The notes: a model not told the origin generated them from the sequence alone. DNA of 63,614 nt, filler included, from Perkinsus chesapeaki ATCC PRA-425 (GCA_013115145.1; 10 parts of 10 records of this genome joined end to end with filler, not necessarily neighbours in it); one strand, 5' to 3'; shown: positions 35,964 to 47,822, counted from the whole stretch's first letter. A program made the numbers and translations.

Positions 35964-38668
35964 TTGATCGAACTCATCGTTTCGTCTTCGAGGCCCCTTT
36001 TTTCTTTTTCCCACTCTTTTTGCCGATTTTTCGTTTGCTCTTCACTGCGGTCCCTGGTGGTGGCAGATTCGGGTCCGAAAGAAGCCGGGGCATCTGAGAA
36101 GGCCAGGAGCATCTTCCCGTATCACGTGCCACATGTTAGATTCAGTTCGTTACAAATTCGCTCATTTCAACTCGGTGCATTATCCTTCTGTGCAAGCTTC
36201 ACAGAGATTGCGAAATTATACAACTTACTTCAGGAAAGTCGGCACTATTAATCTGCCTAACTCGCGCTGCACACTGTATTCAAATGAGGTATGAACAGAC
36301 CCTTACAACTTACAGAAGGAAAACTTGCTGTATCCCTCAGTTTTTGTTCTGGTGGAAGGAGTGCGCGTTCAAGCAACTCAGCATCAATAATAGTCCCGAG
36401 CTCCCTTAGTCGATTTGCCATCACCGCAATATCGGCAATTTGCTCCCTTCGCCGTTCCCTCATTCGCAGCAGTAATTCACATCTATCTGCTGCCTTGCCA
36501 ATCGACGTGTTGTCGTTTGTTGTAGTTCGCTCCCTCATCAAAGCTGCTTTTTTCGTACGCGTATTATATCGTCCCCCCAAAAGCCAATTCCAGTTGAGAA
36601 TCTTTCGTGCAGCAAGACTTCGGGGAACATCAGGCATTTCCACTTCAACGGGCAAGGGATGGTTCTGAGTGAAGTCAGGTCCCTTCACTCCGTGATTTCG
36701 TGAGCCCCGAGCGGCATCAAGACTCCAGAGTCTATATGCACATGGATGTTTGTGAGATGAGTTGTACGCTTATGCGTGCTCGATGTAATTAATGACCGAA
36801 AAATTGAAAAAAATAATGTCGGAAATTGTCAAGGTCGGAATCCGAACCATAGTTTGCAAATTCTCTGAAGAAATGCAACAAATAGAGTCGTTGTGAGACT
36901 GCAACAGTTTTCATTCAACAGTCTGACTGTTGAATGGAACGTGCATAACTTCGACTTACTGAATAACCCCGAACACGCAACCACACTTCATTGATCATTC
37001 TATCGATTTATTTCACTTAACATCCTATCAATATATTTATCAATCATTTTATAAATATATTTTACCAAACAGTTTATTAATATATTTTATAAACTCACTT
37101 CATTAGGTCCTAATGAAATGATTTTATAAAATATTCCTAACGATTAGGATTATTAAAATAAAATCATTAATTACTTGATCATATTATTAATATCATAATA
37201 TTAGATCATATTCATTAACTATTATCATTTATTCCACTAACTGCGTAACCGCCGCCATTGAACAGTTCAATTTGAACTATGCCCTTACCCTCTCAGCATT
37301 TCGTGCTATCTCAGTTTCCAGCTTGCCAATCTCCCATTCCCATTTCTCCATCGCTTCATTCAGCTCCTTTCTATCCTTCCATTTCCTCATCTCCGCTGAG
37401 GCCCGGGAAGNNNNNNNNNNNNNNNNNNNNNNNNNNNNNNNNNNNNNNNNNNNNNNNNNNNNNNNNNNNNNNNNNNNNNNNNNNNNNNNNNNNNNNNNNN
37501 NNNNNNAAGCTGGTGGTGGTACCGCTGGAGGAAGTGTTCCTGCCAAATCAGACCGAGGATCCATCATTTTTAACATTCTGTGCGCCATTCAATACATGCC
37601 GCATCTAGGGTAACTCTACGAAATACATTCTCGAGCTCCCTACAGCCTACAGAATATATCGGTATACTTTCTACCCGTGTCGCAGTATTCGGGAATAATA
37701 CGCATTCTACAACTCCCCTGTTTGCTCATAATTCAAAGTGTACATGTGTTGTGCAAGTACACAATTCGAGTATCCCCTAGCGCTAGTAGCACTCATTGAC
37801 GTGTATATGTTGATAGTTAAGGTTCTATGAATCCACCAGTGCCGGGTTCTGGTGATTACAGTACACAGAAGGTGAAGCTGCAATTCATACGTATAAAAGT
37901 GTACCACTTCATTTTATAACTATTTTGGTTCTCTGTGGAGGGTTGTAAGCAAAGCAACTCTCTTACCGTCTCCAACCCTTTCTCTCGCCTCTTTCGCCAT
38001 CAGCAGCGATCCGGTGCTCGGAAATGCGCTGGTCGGGCGACTCAGATCTCGGCTAGAGAAGCTTACAAAAGTTGCGCTCGATGAGGCAGATGTTAGTGGA
38101 CGAGTGAAACGGTTACGGACGACCGGTCCCTGAGAAAGTGAACTCGTAATAGCACAGCATGCCTCCTCCGGAAACGCCGCCGTCATTGAAAACTCGCCGA
38201 GTTCAGCTCGATCCGCAGTTTCACAGACCCAGGCCGAAGTATTGAGAGTGGGAAGTTCCCACAGATTTTTGCGTTAGAGAGAATGATGGAGAACGGCGCT
38301 GCCCAACCCACAGGCCTCTCCTTGATGCTTGCCAAAGCTGCACTTCTAGGTCTCCTTAGCTCCTGGGCGTCTCTGGACTTCCGGTAATACATCGCGGATT
38401 GAGGCCGAGAATTTGCAGCCTTGTTGCCACTTGATGGTTCGAACCGCAAACTTGTCGCGCTGCCACTGTACGTGGAGGCCGTTCGCGGTCGACGGAGCTC
38501 GGTATCACTCCGGGACTGCATGTTGATCATTTTCTTTGCTTTGCTGTTGGCATCTTCATCCTCGAGATGAGCGTTGTCAGGCGGGTCCAGTGGGAATGCC
38601 TTCTTAGAAGGACGTGCGTTGTCGAGATGAGGCTCACCAGTTACCTTCACGAACCACCTACACACCAT
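35964..38668 (-). CDS. Multi-exon hypothetical gene(s) with coiled-coil segments
   Basis: ORFs 38183-38668, 37277-37588 (across a gap) and 36257-36688. The number of genes is unresolved. Confidence 0.35.
36985..37240. repeat. AT-rich island with several short inverted repeats
   Basis: Abruptly about 80% AT by eye; TTCATTAGG-T-CCTAATGAA (37099-37117), ATTTTATAAAAT and TCCTAA-CGA-TTAGGA. Confidence 0.6.
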
Positions 38669-38947
38669 TATACACTCCTCCCCATGAAACTCATATTATC
38701 GTTATATATTCATACTATGAATGTTCACTTATTGACATAGGGCTCTGAGAGCCTGCTGTGGAATACATACGACTGGCCACCACCAACTACTAGCTAGAAT
38801 GTTAGCATGTTAAAACACACAGCTGAACCGCTTGACTGTATCATGTCATCTAATGACGTGTTAAAAGTCTCAAGGCATTTCGGAAGTGAAATATCCCCAT
38901 TGGAGCTTCGGATACTTCAAGGTAGCTTTCACCAGGCACACATCGTC

Positions 38948-39514
38948 CTACTCGTAAGATTCATCCAGGACCCTCAGAGGAGTTCCCAGGTCGCTCCCCC
39001 CCGTTCGCGAAATGCCCATCCTGGTTCTGGCAGTGTCCACCTTATCAAGAAATATCTGAGCTTCCAGTATGCTGGATTCGATCAGCTGGTGGAGTTGACG
39101 ACAGACGAAGGAACCTAACAAGTGATCGAGTGATAGAAATTCCAAATCGATTACAGCGATTTTCAGTACTCCAGTGACAACACATATTTCAGTTGACGCT
39201 GGCAGCTTCGGAAGTGTTCGAACGAGAACTGTTGCCAACAAGCTGTTGGCAACGTCACACAAATCGCCCCTCGTGTATATGTTCATTATTGACAAGTTCG
39301 TCGATGCGTCACAAGACACAGTCGCCGTTACGCCGTATTCTGCCATTCCACCGGGGAGATACACACTCCCCCACTGCCCGTGACCAGCAATCCCAACATG
39401 GTAGACTAGGATTGGGGCAAGGCTGCATGGGTGAGAGGACACCCTCTGTTCGTTGGCCTTCCTGAGCTCATATTTACGTTGTTCGGTAGAGTTAGATCTA
39501 ATCCACTTCATCAT
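38948..39514 (-). CDS. Multi-exon hypothetical protein
   Basis: 188-aa ORF including probable introns; no family recognised. Confidence 0.3.
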   Translation of the reverse strand: MMKWIRSNSTEQRKYELRKANEQRVSSHPCSLAPILVYHVGIAGHGQWGSVYLPGGMAEYGVTATVSCDASTNLSIMNIYTRGDLCDVANSLLATVLVRTLPKLPASTEICVVTGVLKIAVIDLEFLSLDHLLGSFVCRQLHQLIESSILEAQIFLDKVDTARTRMGISRTGGSDLGTPLRVLDESYE

Positions 39515-40339
39515 TTGCTGATACTTAGCCGATTCACGTATAGCGTGTGGAACCCTCTGAAAAGAACCGTTCTTAATGATCCTAAATGAGAGCTAAGGAG
39601 CTCAGTGGGAATATGCTTCAGACACCCTTACTCACGCCAGACTAAAGCCAACAGCAAAAATTTAGCTATAAACGCCATAAATGTATTTTTCTGTAACGTA
39701 CATGTTTATCGTGCACTACTCTGCTAACAACTGAGACCTACCGGAAATGTATACAGGGTGTTCAAATCCGATTATCGGATTCCGATAAGCAAAATGCAAT
39801 CTCTGAATACACTTAATCAGAGTACTGTAGAATAATAGAAACCACTGTAATCAGAAAACATTCTCACCTATCTTTTTGAAAGACGACGTTGTAATGATTG
39901 AAGTATAAATAAATCGTGTAAAACGATCGATATGTTGCAGCGAGTATCAGGCCGAGGGGAGGGAAGGTTACATCTGTACAATGGTTGTAAGGTTACCTCG
40001 TCCTTGATCTCCAGTGAGGGACACGGACTAACTCTCGGTCTCCGGATAGATATATCTAAATAGGGCTGCCTAGGGGAATGTGTGTCATTGGTGGGCACGC
40101 AATCGAATCCCACCCTCAGGGAGGCAACTCTTCATTGACAAGAAAGCTTATGCAACAGCACATGTACAATTAGCCGCGCCCAGAAAACATACACGTGAGA
40201 CGGACGGTCACAGCGAAATAAATCTAAATGGGCCTCGGNNNNNNNNNNNNNNNNNNNNNNNNNNNNNNNNNNNNNNNNNNNNTTAATTAATTAANNNNNN
40301 NNNNNNNNNNNNNNNNNNNNNNNNNNNNNNNNNNNNNNC

Positions 40340-41300
40340 GAGACACTAAAGGCGGATGCTTCTGACCATTTACGTAGGCAGGCTCTCTCTTGCGCAGAGC
40401 GCACTTTCATTAAGGAGTCATTGACCCAGAGTGGAGCCTCTGCCAACCTACCTTCGCCCGACTCCAATGCGAACACATTTCCTCTTTGGCATTTCCTCTC
40501 GACGATACCGCATATCCAGCAGCCGTTGCATGATGTACCGGCCAAGAACTGGCGTTGTTTGTCATCACAACTGAACAGCAAGTGGAACCTCTGCTCGAGC
40601 GGTTTCAGCTCATGAACGATCTGCTCTACTACCACCAAAGTCCATCCCAACCACGAGTCTCTGTAAACCTTCTGTGCTGCTGGAGCTGCCAGAGTTGCTG
40701 GAGGATGGGAGCTCGAGGTGCTTGCAAACGAAGTTGAGTATATCCTTGGGGACCACATAGTGATCTCGCAGAACGAAATTCAGCTTATAGTCTGACGAGG
40801 ACGACTGTATGGAATAACTTACTTACCCCTGGAAAAACAGAGCCCTTAGAGTCTCCATTGACACTACCAGCAAGCTTCTCGAGCTTACGCTGGAAGAGGT
40901 CTAAAGCGGATACATACGACTTAACCCGAGACATAGGAACCGTAGCAGATGGGTTGGCTTGCCAATCTAGATATCTGGCGGCAAGCTAACGGGATCCGGA
41001 CTTGTTTTATGCTGGCCGCCTCCTTTCCTGTGCATCCTCCGCCTTCCCCGTATTAGACGGGGGGTTCTTCAAAGCATAAGCACGATTCGTGCCGAACGAA
41101 GCCTCTCGGCACGTACTTCTCCATGCAAGCTAAACCCTTTTAAAGGCCGATATTGCATGTCGGGCACAGTCCCCAGTCTTCGAAGGATGTAGGCGAAATG
41201 CCGATTTCATCTCTTATGACGTTTGCCGAGGCAGCTGCTGGGCGGTAGGTGGTGGCCGCACGGCCGCAGACTTAACATGTATGTGATCGAACATTAAGTG
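40340..41300 (-). mobile_element. Decayed Chapaev/Transib/RAG1-related DDE transposase core
   Basis: LVVGMDFGG (40657-40631), then in another frame LLFSCDDKQRQFLAGTSCNGCWIC (about 40580-40510). Stops and frameshifts lie upstream. Confidence 0.5.
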
Positions 41301-41829
41301 TACGTTTTATGTGTACTAATTGTGCAAGTATTCAATACCATATACCATATATTCAACGCGAACACTGCTGAGACATATGAATTCCTGTGGGTTTAGCATC
41401 TTTTACGGGTAACCGAATTGAAACTCAGAATTATGTGGAAACTTCAATTACTTGCCCCACCGGACAAACAATGGTAAATCGTTTGTATTTGGTGGAGGTT
41501 CCAGGCGAGTATGTGTGGTCAGGGAATGCTTTCCTGAAAAAAACGCGTACTCGTAGATTATGGAAGTGGTAGATTGAGATTTCAAAACGAATGGATGAAT
41601 CTACCTTAAGCTAACTGAGTTTCTACTAGTTCGTAAAGGGTTACGTTTAATTCGCAATAATAAGTAATATTATTTTGATGCATTTACCAGCCTGTGGGGG
41701 AAAATCCGGTTACGGAGACCCTTGGGGTGTGAACCTCACAACGATACTGTGGGGCTCGCAAAGCCTACCCACTAAAACCCCCAGGGGCTAGGCTCATAAG
41801 GCAGAACGTCTAATGGATCCAAGCCTCTG

Positions 41830-42110
41830 CTAGTCACCTCTCACAGAGGATGAAGACTGCGCACCACACCTTTCCATGTGTTTAGCCAAATTGCAAGCCC
41901 TAAAATATTTCTTACCATAGTGCGCACAACGTGAGCAAGTAAATAATTTCGGCGCTCTGGGCACTGTGGGGATAGAAGCTCCAGATAACTCTTTACCCAC
42001 CACAAATGCTTCAGCAAGCGACTTACAAGGCCCGAACAGGTTAGCATCGGCTTTCAGACTGGTCTGCCACGCAGCAGGCGGCCTCCCGCGTCTTTTAATA
42101 AGCTTCAACC
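41830..42110 (-). CDS. Exon with an AT-hook and a C2HC/C2H2-type zinc finger, possibly a transposase N-terminus
   Basis: KRRGRPP, then FTCSRCAHYGKKYFRACNLAKHMERC; a preceding AG acceptor. Confidence 0.45.
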
Positions 42111-42343
42111 TACAGGATTTTTCTACTAAGCCACCAATGACTCTCGTANNNNNNNNNNNNNNNNNNNNNNNNNNNNNNNNNNNNNNNNNNNNTTAATTAA
42201 TTAANNNNNNNNNNNNNNNNNNNNNNNNNNNNNNNNNNNNNNNNNNNNATTTTAAAGGCGCGTGACCATTTACGAGCGCTACCTGAGGCGCGCCGGCCAA
42301 AATTCCTGGCAAAAACCCTGAGAGTTTACATTGTGAGGTAACA

Positions 42344-42989
42344 CTATTTATCGAACAACTGCGGGGATTCTAGTCGAGTAACATCTAGTAGCTGTAGACT
42401 ACAGCCTGTAGTACTGAAGACATTCACAAGCTCAACGTAAGCACCCTCATCGGTGTAGATGGCGTAAAGGCTTGAATCTAACTGTTCCAACAAGGTAGCC
42501 AAGTTCTCATCAGGATTAGTGAACACGACTTCATAACCATCAAGACAAAACTTGACAGTGGAAGTCTCACCGGCAGCGTAAACCGTGATCTTACCAGATA
42601 CTTCCGTTGTTACTTTAATGGGACCAAGAGGAGTCTCACCACACCAATCACCAGTCAAGTCCTCGTTAGTAGGAAGATTAGTGGGAGAGGCAGTAGTCTC
42701 AGGCAAGTTGCTTGGGGACGCACTAGTCTCAGGCAAGTTGGTTGGGGGAGCAGTTACCATTTCGCAAGCATAGGGTTCTCCAACATATTCCTCATCGGTT
42801 GGATCAAAGTATAGGCTTCCATCTTCCTTTATGATGATACCAAAGCAGACGGGAGGATCCTGCCACGTCTTGCAATAAGTACCACACTTCGAATCCTTGC
42901 AACCAGTTATACCATTTACAGACCTCCTCGCAGCTTGTCATCGGATATTCAGCACATTGGACTGGCTCGAGAATAGCATCATCACAAAC
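42344..42989 (-). pseudogene. 5'-truncated, frameshifted paralog of the Cys-rich secreted protein at 848
   Basis: VCDDAILEPVQCAEYPMTSCEEVC[+1 at 42915-42917]GITGCKDSKCGTYCKTWQDPPVCFGII aligns with CDDTILEAVKCTDYPLTTCQSVCDGLVGCKDSAWGSYCKSWQDPPVCFGIF. A 30-bp PTNLPET tandem repeat and a different C-terminal domain follow. Confidence 0.75.
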
Positions 42990-43059
42990 GGAAGCATGGA
43001 CAGCGTATTTGGCTCTCTTTTAATGGTGGTTAACGACTCGTGATATCACTTGCCGTGTT

Positions 43060-43430
43060 TTCAAACTATGGGAGAACTCAACGCAAATATGTGTTGTTGC
43101 AACAACACATACATGCGTTAAATGCCGGCTCTTCTCGTTCCATCTAACTGAATCCTTCTAAGCAGGAGCGAAATCTGCCAATTGTCTAGTACAGGAGCTG
43201 CAGAGAACCTTAGGTAGGGTGAGCTTCGTGAGCTCACGGAGAAAGTCAATTTGGTAGTACTCCTTCGCGCGTTGGCATACAAGGTCACTAGGAGCTCGGC
43301 CTGTCGTCCTCTGGTCCTTAGCTGGGAGCCTCAGAAAGCATAGCCGGCATATGCAGTAAAGCTTGTCAATATGATAGCTGTCCGCGGTTGCCGCGATAGC
43401 AGACGGTATTTTCATGAGATGGCTTGTCAT
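43060..43430 (-). mobile_element. Chapaev/RAG1-N-terminal-like zinc-binding domain (transposase remnant)
   Basis: H-x7-CRLC ... YYQID ... LPKVLCSSC, a premature TAG at 43158-43160, then RW...RH...CVV. Confidence 0.55.
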
Positions 43431-44516
43431 TTCTGGCTTGGAGAAGTGACCAACTAACTGCGATGGAAAGCTCTGAATCAGAGCCTTTGATACGGTTGCT
43501 ACGGAGGCTCTTTATAGAAAACAGAGAGCGTCTCATGCGTACCTCATGCTTATGTCTTGAACTTTGCTGGGTGCTAGCTTGGGATGAAGACGGGAGGTGG
43601 TTCAAGGAATGAACACGGTGGTTCACTAGCGGTACTAACGTAGCACCGTGGAAGGGCACGTGGTTCGTACATGAGGTCATCGCGAGGAATCGTTTCAAGC
43701 TTACTATGCGTGTGTATTCAAGTGTATTGGGCGTCTCTCCACTGCTACTGATGATCGTTTTCAGTCAGGGCCCATGTAATTACCCAGCTTGTCACGTTAG
43801 CGCGTTGCACGTTAGCTGTAATTTAGCGTACGCGTCGAACTAGACAAAATCAATGATATGTTCTGAGTCTGTGTGATTTACTCTATAAGACTGTCGAAAA
43901 AATAAAGTCTGGGTCTTTGTCCCACTATTTCGCACAAATTCACCACCCGTGGTTGCTTTCTCGCCCCTAACTGAACGCATGGCGGTTGAGGTTTGAAACG
44001 AAGACTAACAGAATAGATACCACTCTGCATATCTATTTAGGGCCTTATTACAACCCGTTCACTTCTGACCATGAAAAAATCAAAGTGAGCAAAAACACGC
44101 GTGTGGTCCAGACGAGCAAGGGCGCGCGTGCGCCCCGACAATACGCACTCACACAAAATGCGAGTACGATTATATCTGAGACTACATGAATCTGTTCCAA
44201 GCAAACAAGATCGTCCATACCTACAGCTCCTTACTCGGGAGGGCACCAACAGCATGTTTGCTTACTAAAAATTCAATGAATGAAAACCGGCGGGGATAAC
44301 TCCGGCTCAAATGAACCGAACCATAGAGGTAATGAGGCGAAGCTACTGGAATACGCGCTCATGTAAGCCTCTGTATAATCGGAACTACCGGAATCGTCAT
44401 AAAAGGTGGGGAATAAAGATAATATAAATTTGTGCTTCCATCATCAATCAAGTAGAATTGCATGTGAGCCTCATATTAGAAAGATATATCAACCATCGAT
44501 GTGTCCCACTCTTGCC

Positions 44517-45617
44517 TCACTGATGTCTTGCTAACTCAATTGCTCGTTTAACAGCGAGATCAGGCCGGAGGACGCCATACAGCATTTCCACTCCCTTCTT
44601 TGTTTTCACTTTACATACAGTAACATTCAATAATATTTCTTTCATCACATCTGGTGTGAATTTCTTGAAGCTTCGCATTAGAGCTGCTATACCACCAACA
44701 ATTGCAGTAGCAGAAGATGAGCCTTCTACTTCCACATATTTCCACTTTCTACTTTTATCCCTTTTCGTTGCTACTATGACTTGTGTACCAGGCACACCAA
44801 AGCTAGCCAAGAGAGAAGCCTCACTCATCAACACCGTAGGGCTGGCTGTTAATGTCGCAGCAACGCACACTACACCACGCATAGAGTTTGCCATTGAACA
44901 GGGTAACAAAACCTCCTCCGGCCCAGTCGCTTGGTCCGAGTTTGAGGCTGCAACGACGACGAAGTTACCTTTCTTGACGGCCTCCGTGATCACATTCTTG
45001 TACATCACGGACCTCTCTTTTTCAAATGGCCCAGCTGTAGCATAAACTATAACATCAGAATCATCGAACTTGTTAGCTTCAACCCACGCTCTTTCACTTT
45101 CCTCGTCTGTAGCCGCTCCGCTAGGAGACGCAGTTGCCCTTATCGGTCGTACCTTAATTCTGTCAGCTACTCCAGCGATGCCGGTACCATTGTTGATACC
45201 CGCAGCGATAACACTGGTCACCTCCGTACCATGGCCTTCCATGTCTTCGACTGATGGCACTAGAGAACCAGAAGCGTCCTGCCCTTTCAACAGTTGGCCC
45301 ACGAGGTCAGGTTGCTTAGTAGCGACACCCGTGTCGATGACAGTGACTATGACATCTCTACGGGGTAGCCCGGACTTTCGGATGGCCTCCCAGGTCTCTT
45401 GGATATGTAATGTCTCGAATAGGTCTCTCTGACGCGAGAATTCGGGGTCGTTGGGCGGGTATGGTAGTTGACCAAAGGCTTTGCCGGCCCGAAACCCTCC
45501 GAAGGACCATACTAGACAGCAGTGTAATATATACCCCGATAGTCTCGAAAGTGTCATCATATCAGCGAAGACCGTCATGGGAATTCTGTAGAACTGTTGA
45601 ACGTGATCGATGCGCAT
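44517..45617 (-). CDS. Secreted subtilisin-like (S8) serine protease, intronless
   Basis: Catalytic triad motifs VIDTGV, GHGTEV and EGSSSA; oxyanion AASN; PNDPEF at the start of the mature domain; hydrophobic leader. Confidence 0.9.
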   Translation of the reverse strand: MRIDHVQQFYRIPMTVFADMMTLSRLSGYILHCCLVWSFGGFRAGKAFGQLPYPPNDPEFSRQRDLFETLHIQETWEAIRKSGLPRRDVIVTVIDTGVATKQPDLVGQLLKGQDASGSLVPSVEDMEGHGTEVTSVIAAGINNGTGIAGVADRIKVRPIRATASPSGAATDEESERAWVEANKFDDSDVIVYATAGPFEKERSVMYKNVITEAVKKGNFVVVAASNSDQATGPEEVLLPCSMANSMRGVVCVAATLTASPTVLMSEASLLASFGVPGTQVIVATKRDKSRKWKYVEVEGSSSATAIVGGIAALMRSFKKFTPDVMKEILLNVTVCKVKTKKGVEMLYGVLRPDLAVKRAIELARHQ

Positions 45618-45980
45618 GCGAAGGGTTTACACAGTAAATTTCTCGAGGCCATCTTCCAGGAAATTTCCGGATAGGAATTCGAGAAGTGGGGAATTCGTAC
45701 AAAACTCTTGGGAGCTGGGGAGTTGCAACCATTTCTCGACCGAAAACCTCCTTCTCGTGATTCTAGTGGAATGAGCCCAACCTGTCTGGCTGACAGAAGG
45801 GCGTTGTTTCTAAGTTAAATACGAAGGATTCTACGGGGGTAAAACCTCTTGCGTGGGGACATCCTTTGTGTGCGGTCGTTNNNNNNNNNNNNNNNNNNNN
45901 NNNNNNNNNNNNNNNNNNNNNNNNTTAATTAATTAANNNNNNNNNNNNNNNNNNNNNNNNNNNNNNNNNNNNNNNNNNNN

Positions 45981-47484
45981 ACAGTATATTTATATTATAA
46001 GTAATGTTATATTTATATATTTAGATCTATAATATAATATGTTATAATATTATCTATTTATAGTTTATTTATTATAGATATCCAGTATTAGACATATTAT
46101 TATATTAACTATATTAATAATATATAATTAGGTATATATATGGTATTATAAACTATAAGATAACCTAATATTATGATATAAATTATAATAAATAAGATAA
46201 ATGTATATTTAAATATATAATAATATGCTAGGGTATATCTAGTCTTATAATAGTGTATAATGTTAATATTTATTATATGTTATAAATCTATCTATTGGTT
46301 ATATATGTAATAATAGTATAATATATCTTTAATTAGTATATAAAGTATTAATTTAATAGATATAATAATATAATAATGTAATAATAATATAAATTAGATT
46401 AATCTATAATCAATATAAATATAGATAATATTATCCCCTAAAGATCATAATATTGATAATTAATAAAGGGCATCATGTATTAATAGGAATAATAAATCTA
46501 ATAAATAGATATTCTTACTTATAAATACCATATTATAATATAATTTATAATAGTAAATATAACAATAAAGTGTTGGTTATAAATAAAGATATAAATATTA
46601 AGATTATAGATATTATCGTAATAAATATACATTGATATATAATATAATATAGTTTCAGTAATAACGGATATACTAATAATAAATATCTAATTGATAATAA
46701 TATAATAAAGTATAATAAATAAATATAAATATCATGTATAATAATTACCTATCGTTATAATATATTAATAACCCAATATATAAATATTCTATTAATTTAA
46801 TATATAATAATTATATCTATCTAATAGTGTATATATCTTATATTAACTATTATTAGTATTATAATCATAATTATATATCTAGAATTAATACTGTATATCT
46901 AGATAATAGATAGGTTTATATTATATCCATATTCTATGAATTAGTTTATTGTATATAGTATTATTATTAATTAGGATATATTTATATAATTTATAAATTA
47001 TTAATATTAAGGAATTAGATATATATATAAGTCTATCACTAGTAATATATAATATGTTAATATTTATGATATTCCTAGATCTATAATTACCAGTATTATA
47101 TAATATTAGTATAGATTATAAAGATATAAATAAATTAATAGATAATAAATAATAATATAAAATAATATATAGTGATATAATATAATAGATAACATTAAAT
47201 ATACATATATTCCTAATACAAGTTATAGTAAATATTAATCTTATATTAGACAATTATATATCAATACAAACTATAATATAGATAATTAATAATAGTGAAA
47301 TATATATAATTGATAATAATAATATTTTATAAATAAACCCTCATCTTATTCATATATTAGAAATAAATCTATTAGAATATAATATAAGTTATAAGATATT
47401 AAATATTACTATACATTATGGTAAATACAACATATTAAATATTATATTAAGATATACCCCCTTTAATTATAGTTACCAGTGTGC
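45981..47484. other. Extremely AT-rich contig, probably non-coding mitochondrial DNA or a NUMT
   Basis: About 85-90% AT by eye against about 50% in the flanks, bounded by artificial spacers on both sides. No convincing cox1, cox3 or cob reading found by eye. Confidence 0.55.
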
Positions 47485-47822
47485 NNNNNNNNNNNNNNNN
47501 NNNNNNNNNNNNNNNNNNNNNNNNNNNNTTAATTAATTAANNNNNNNNNNNNNNNNNNNNNNNNNNNNNNNNNNNNNNNNNNNNTCAAACAGTGGTGGAT
47601 GGTGTGGACAAGTATTTGGTAGAGCAAGGTTATAGAAGCTATCGTAAGGCCATTCGACGTGGTGCTTCTATTCGTTCGGATCTCGTCAAGCGTTTTCTGT
47701 CTATTGAATCCCGTCGCGTATTGGTTGACCGATGGGAGAATCAAGCGTGAATTACAGAATTATGCTGGGACATCAAGCGTGAAGGCTTTGATCAATTTTT
47801 CCTTCGGTTTGATTACACTAGA

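Noticed and set aside
46471-46488. HHVLIG on the plus strand, resembling the Cox3 HVIIG motif
   Set aside because: Flanked by in-frame TAA stops, with no WHF motif downstream; likely chance in I/L/N-rich translation.
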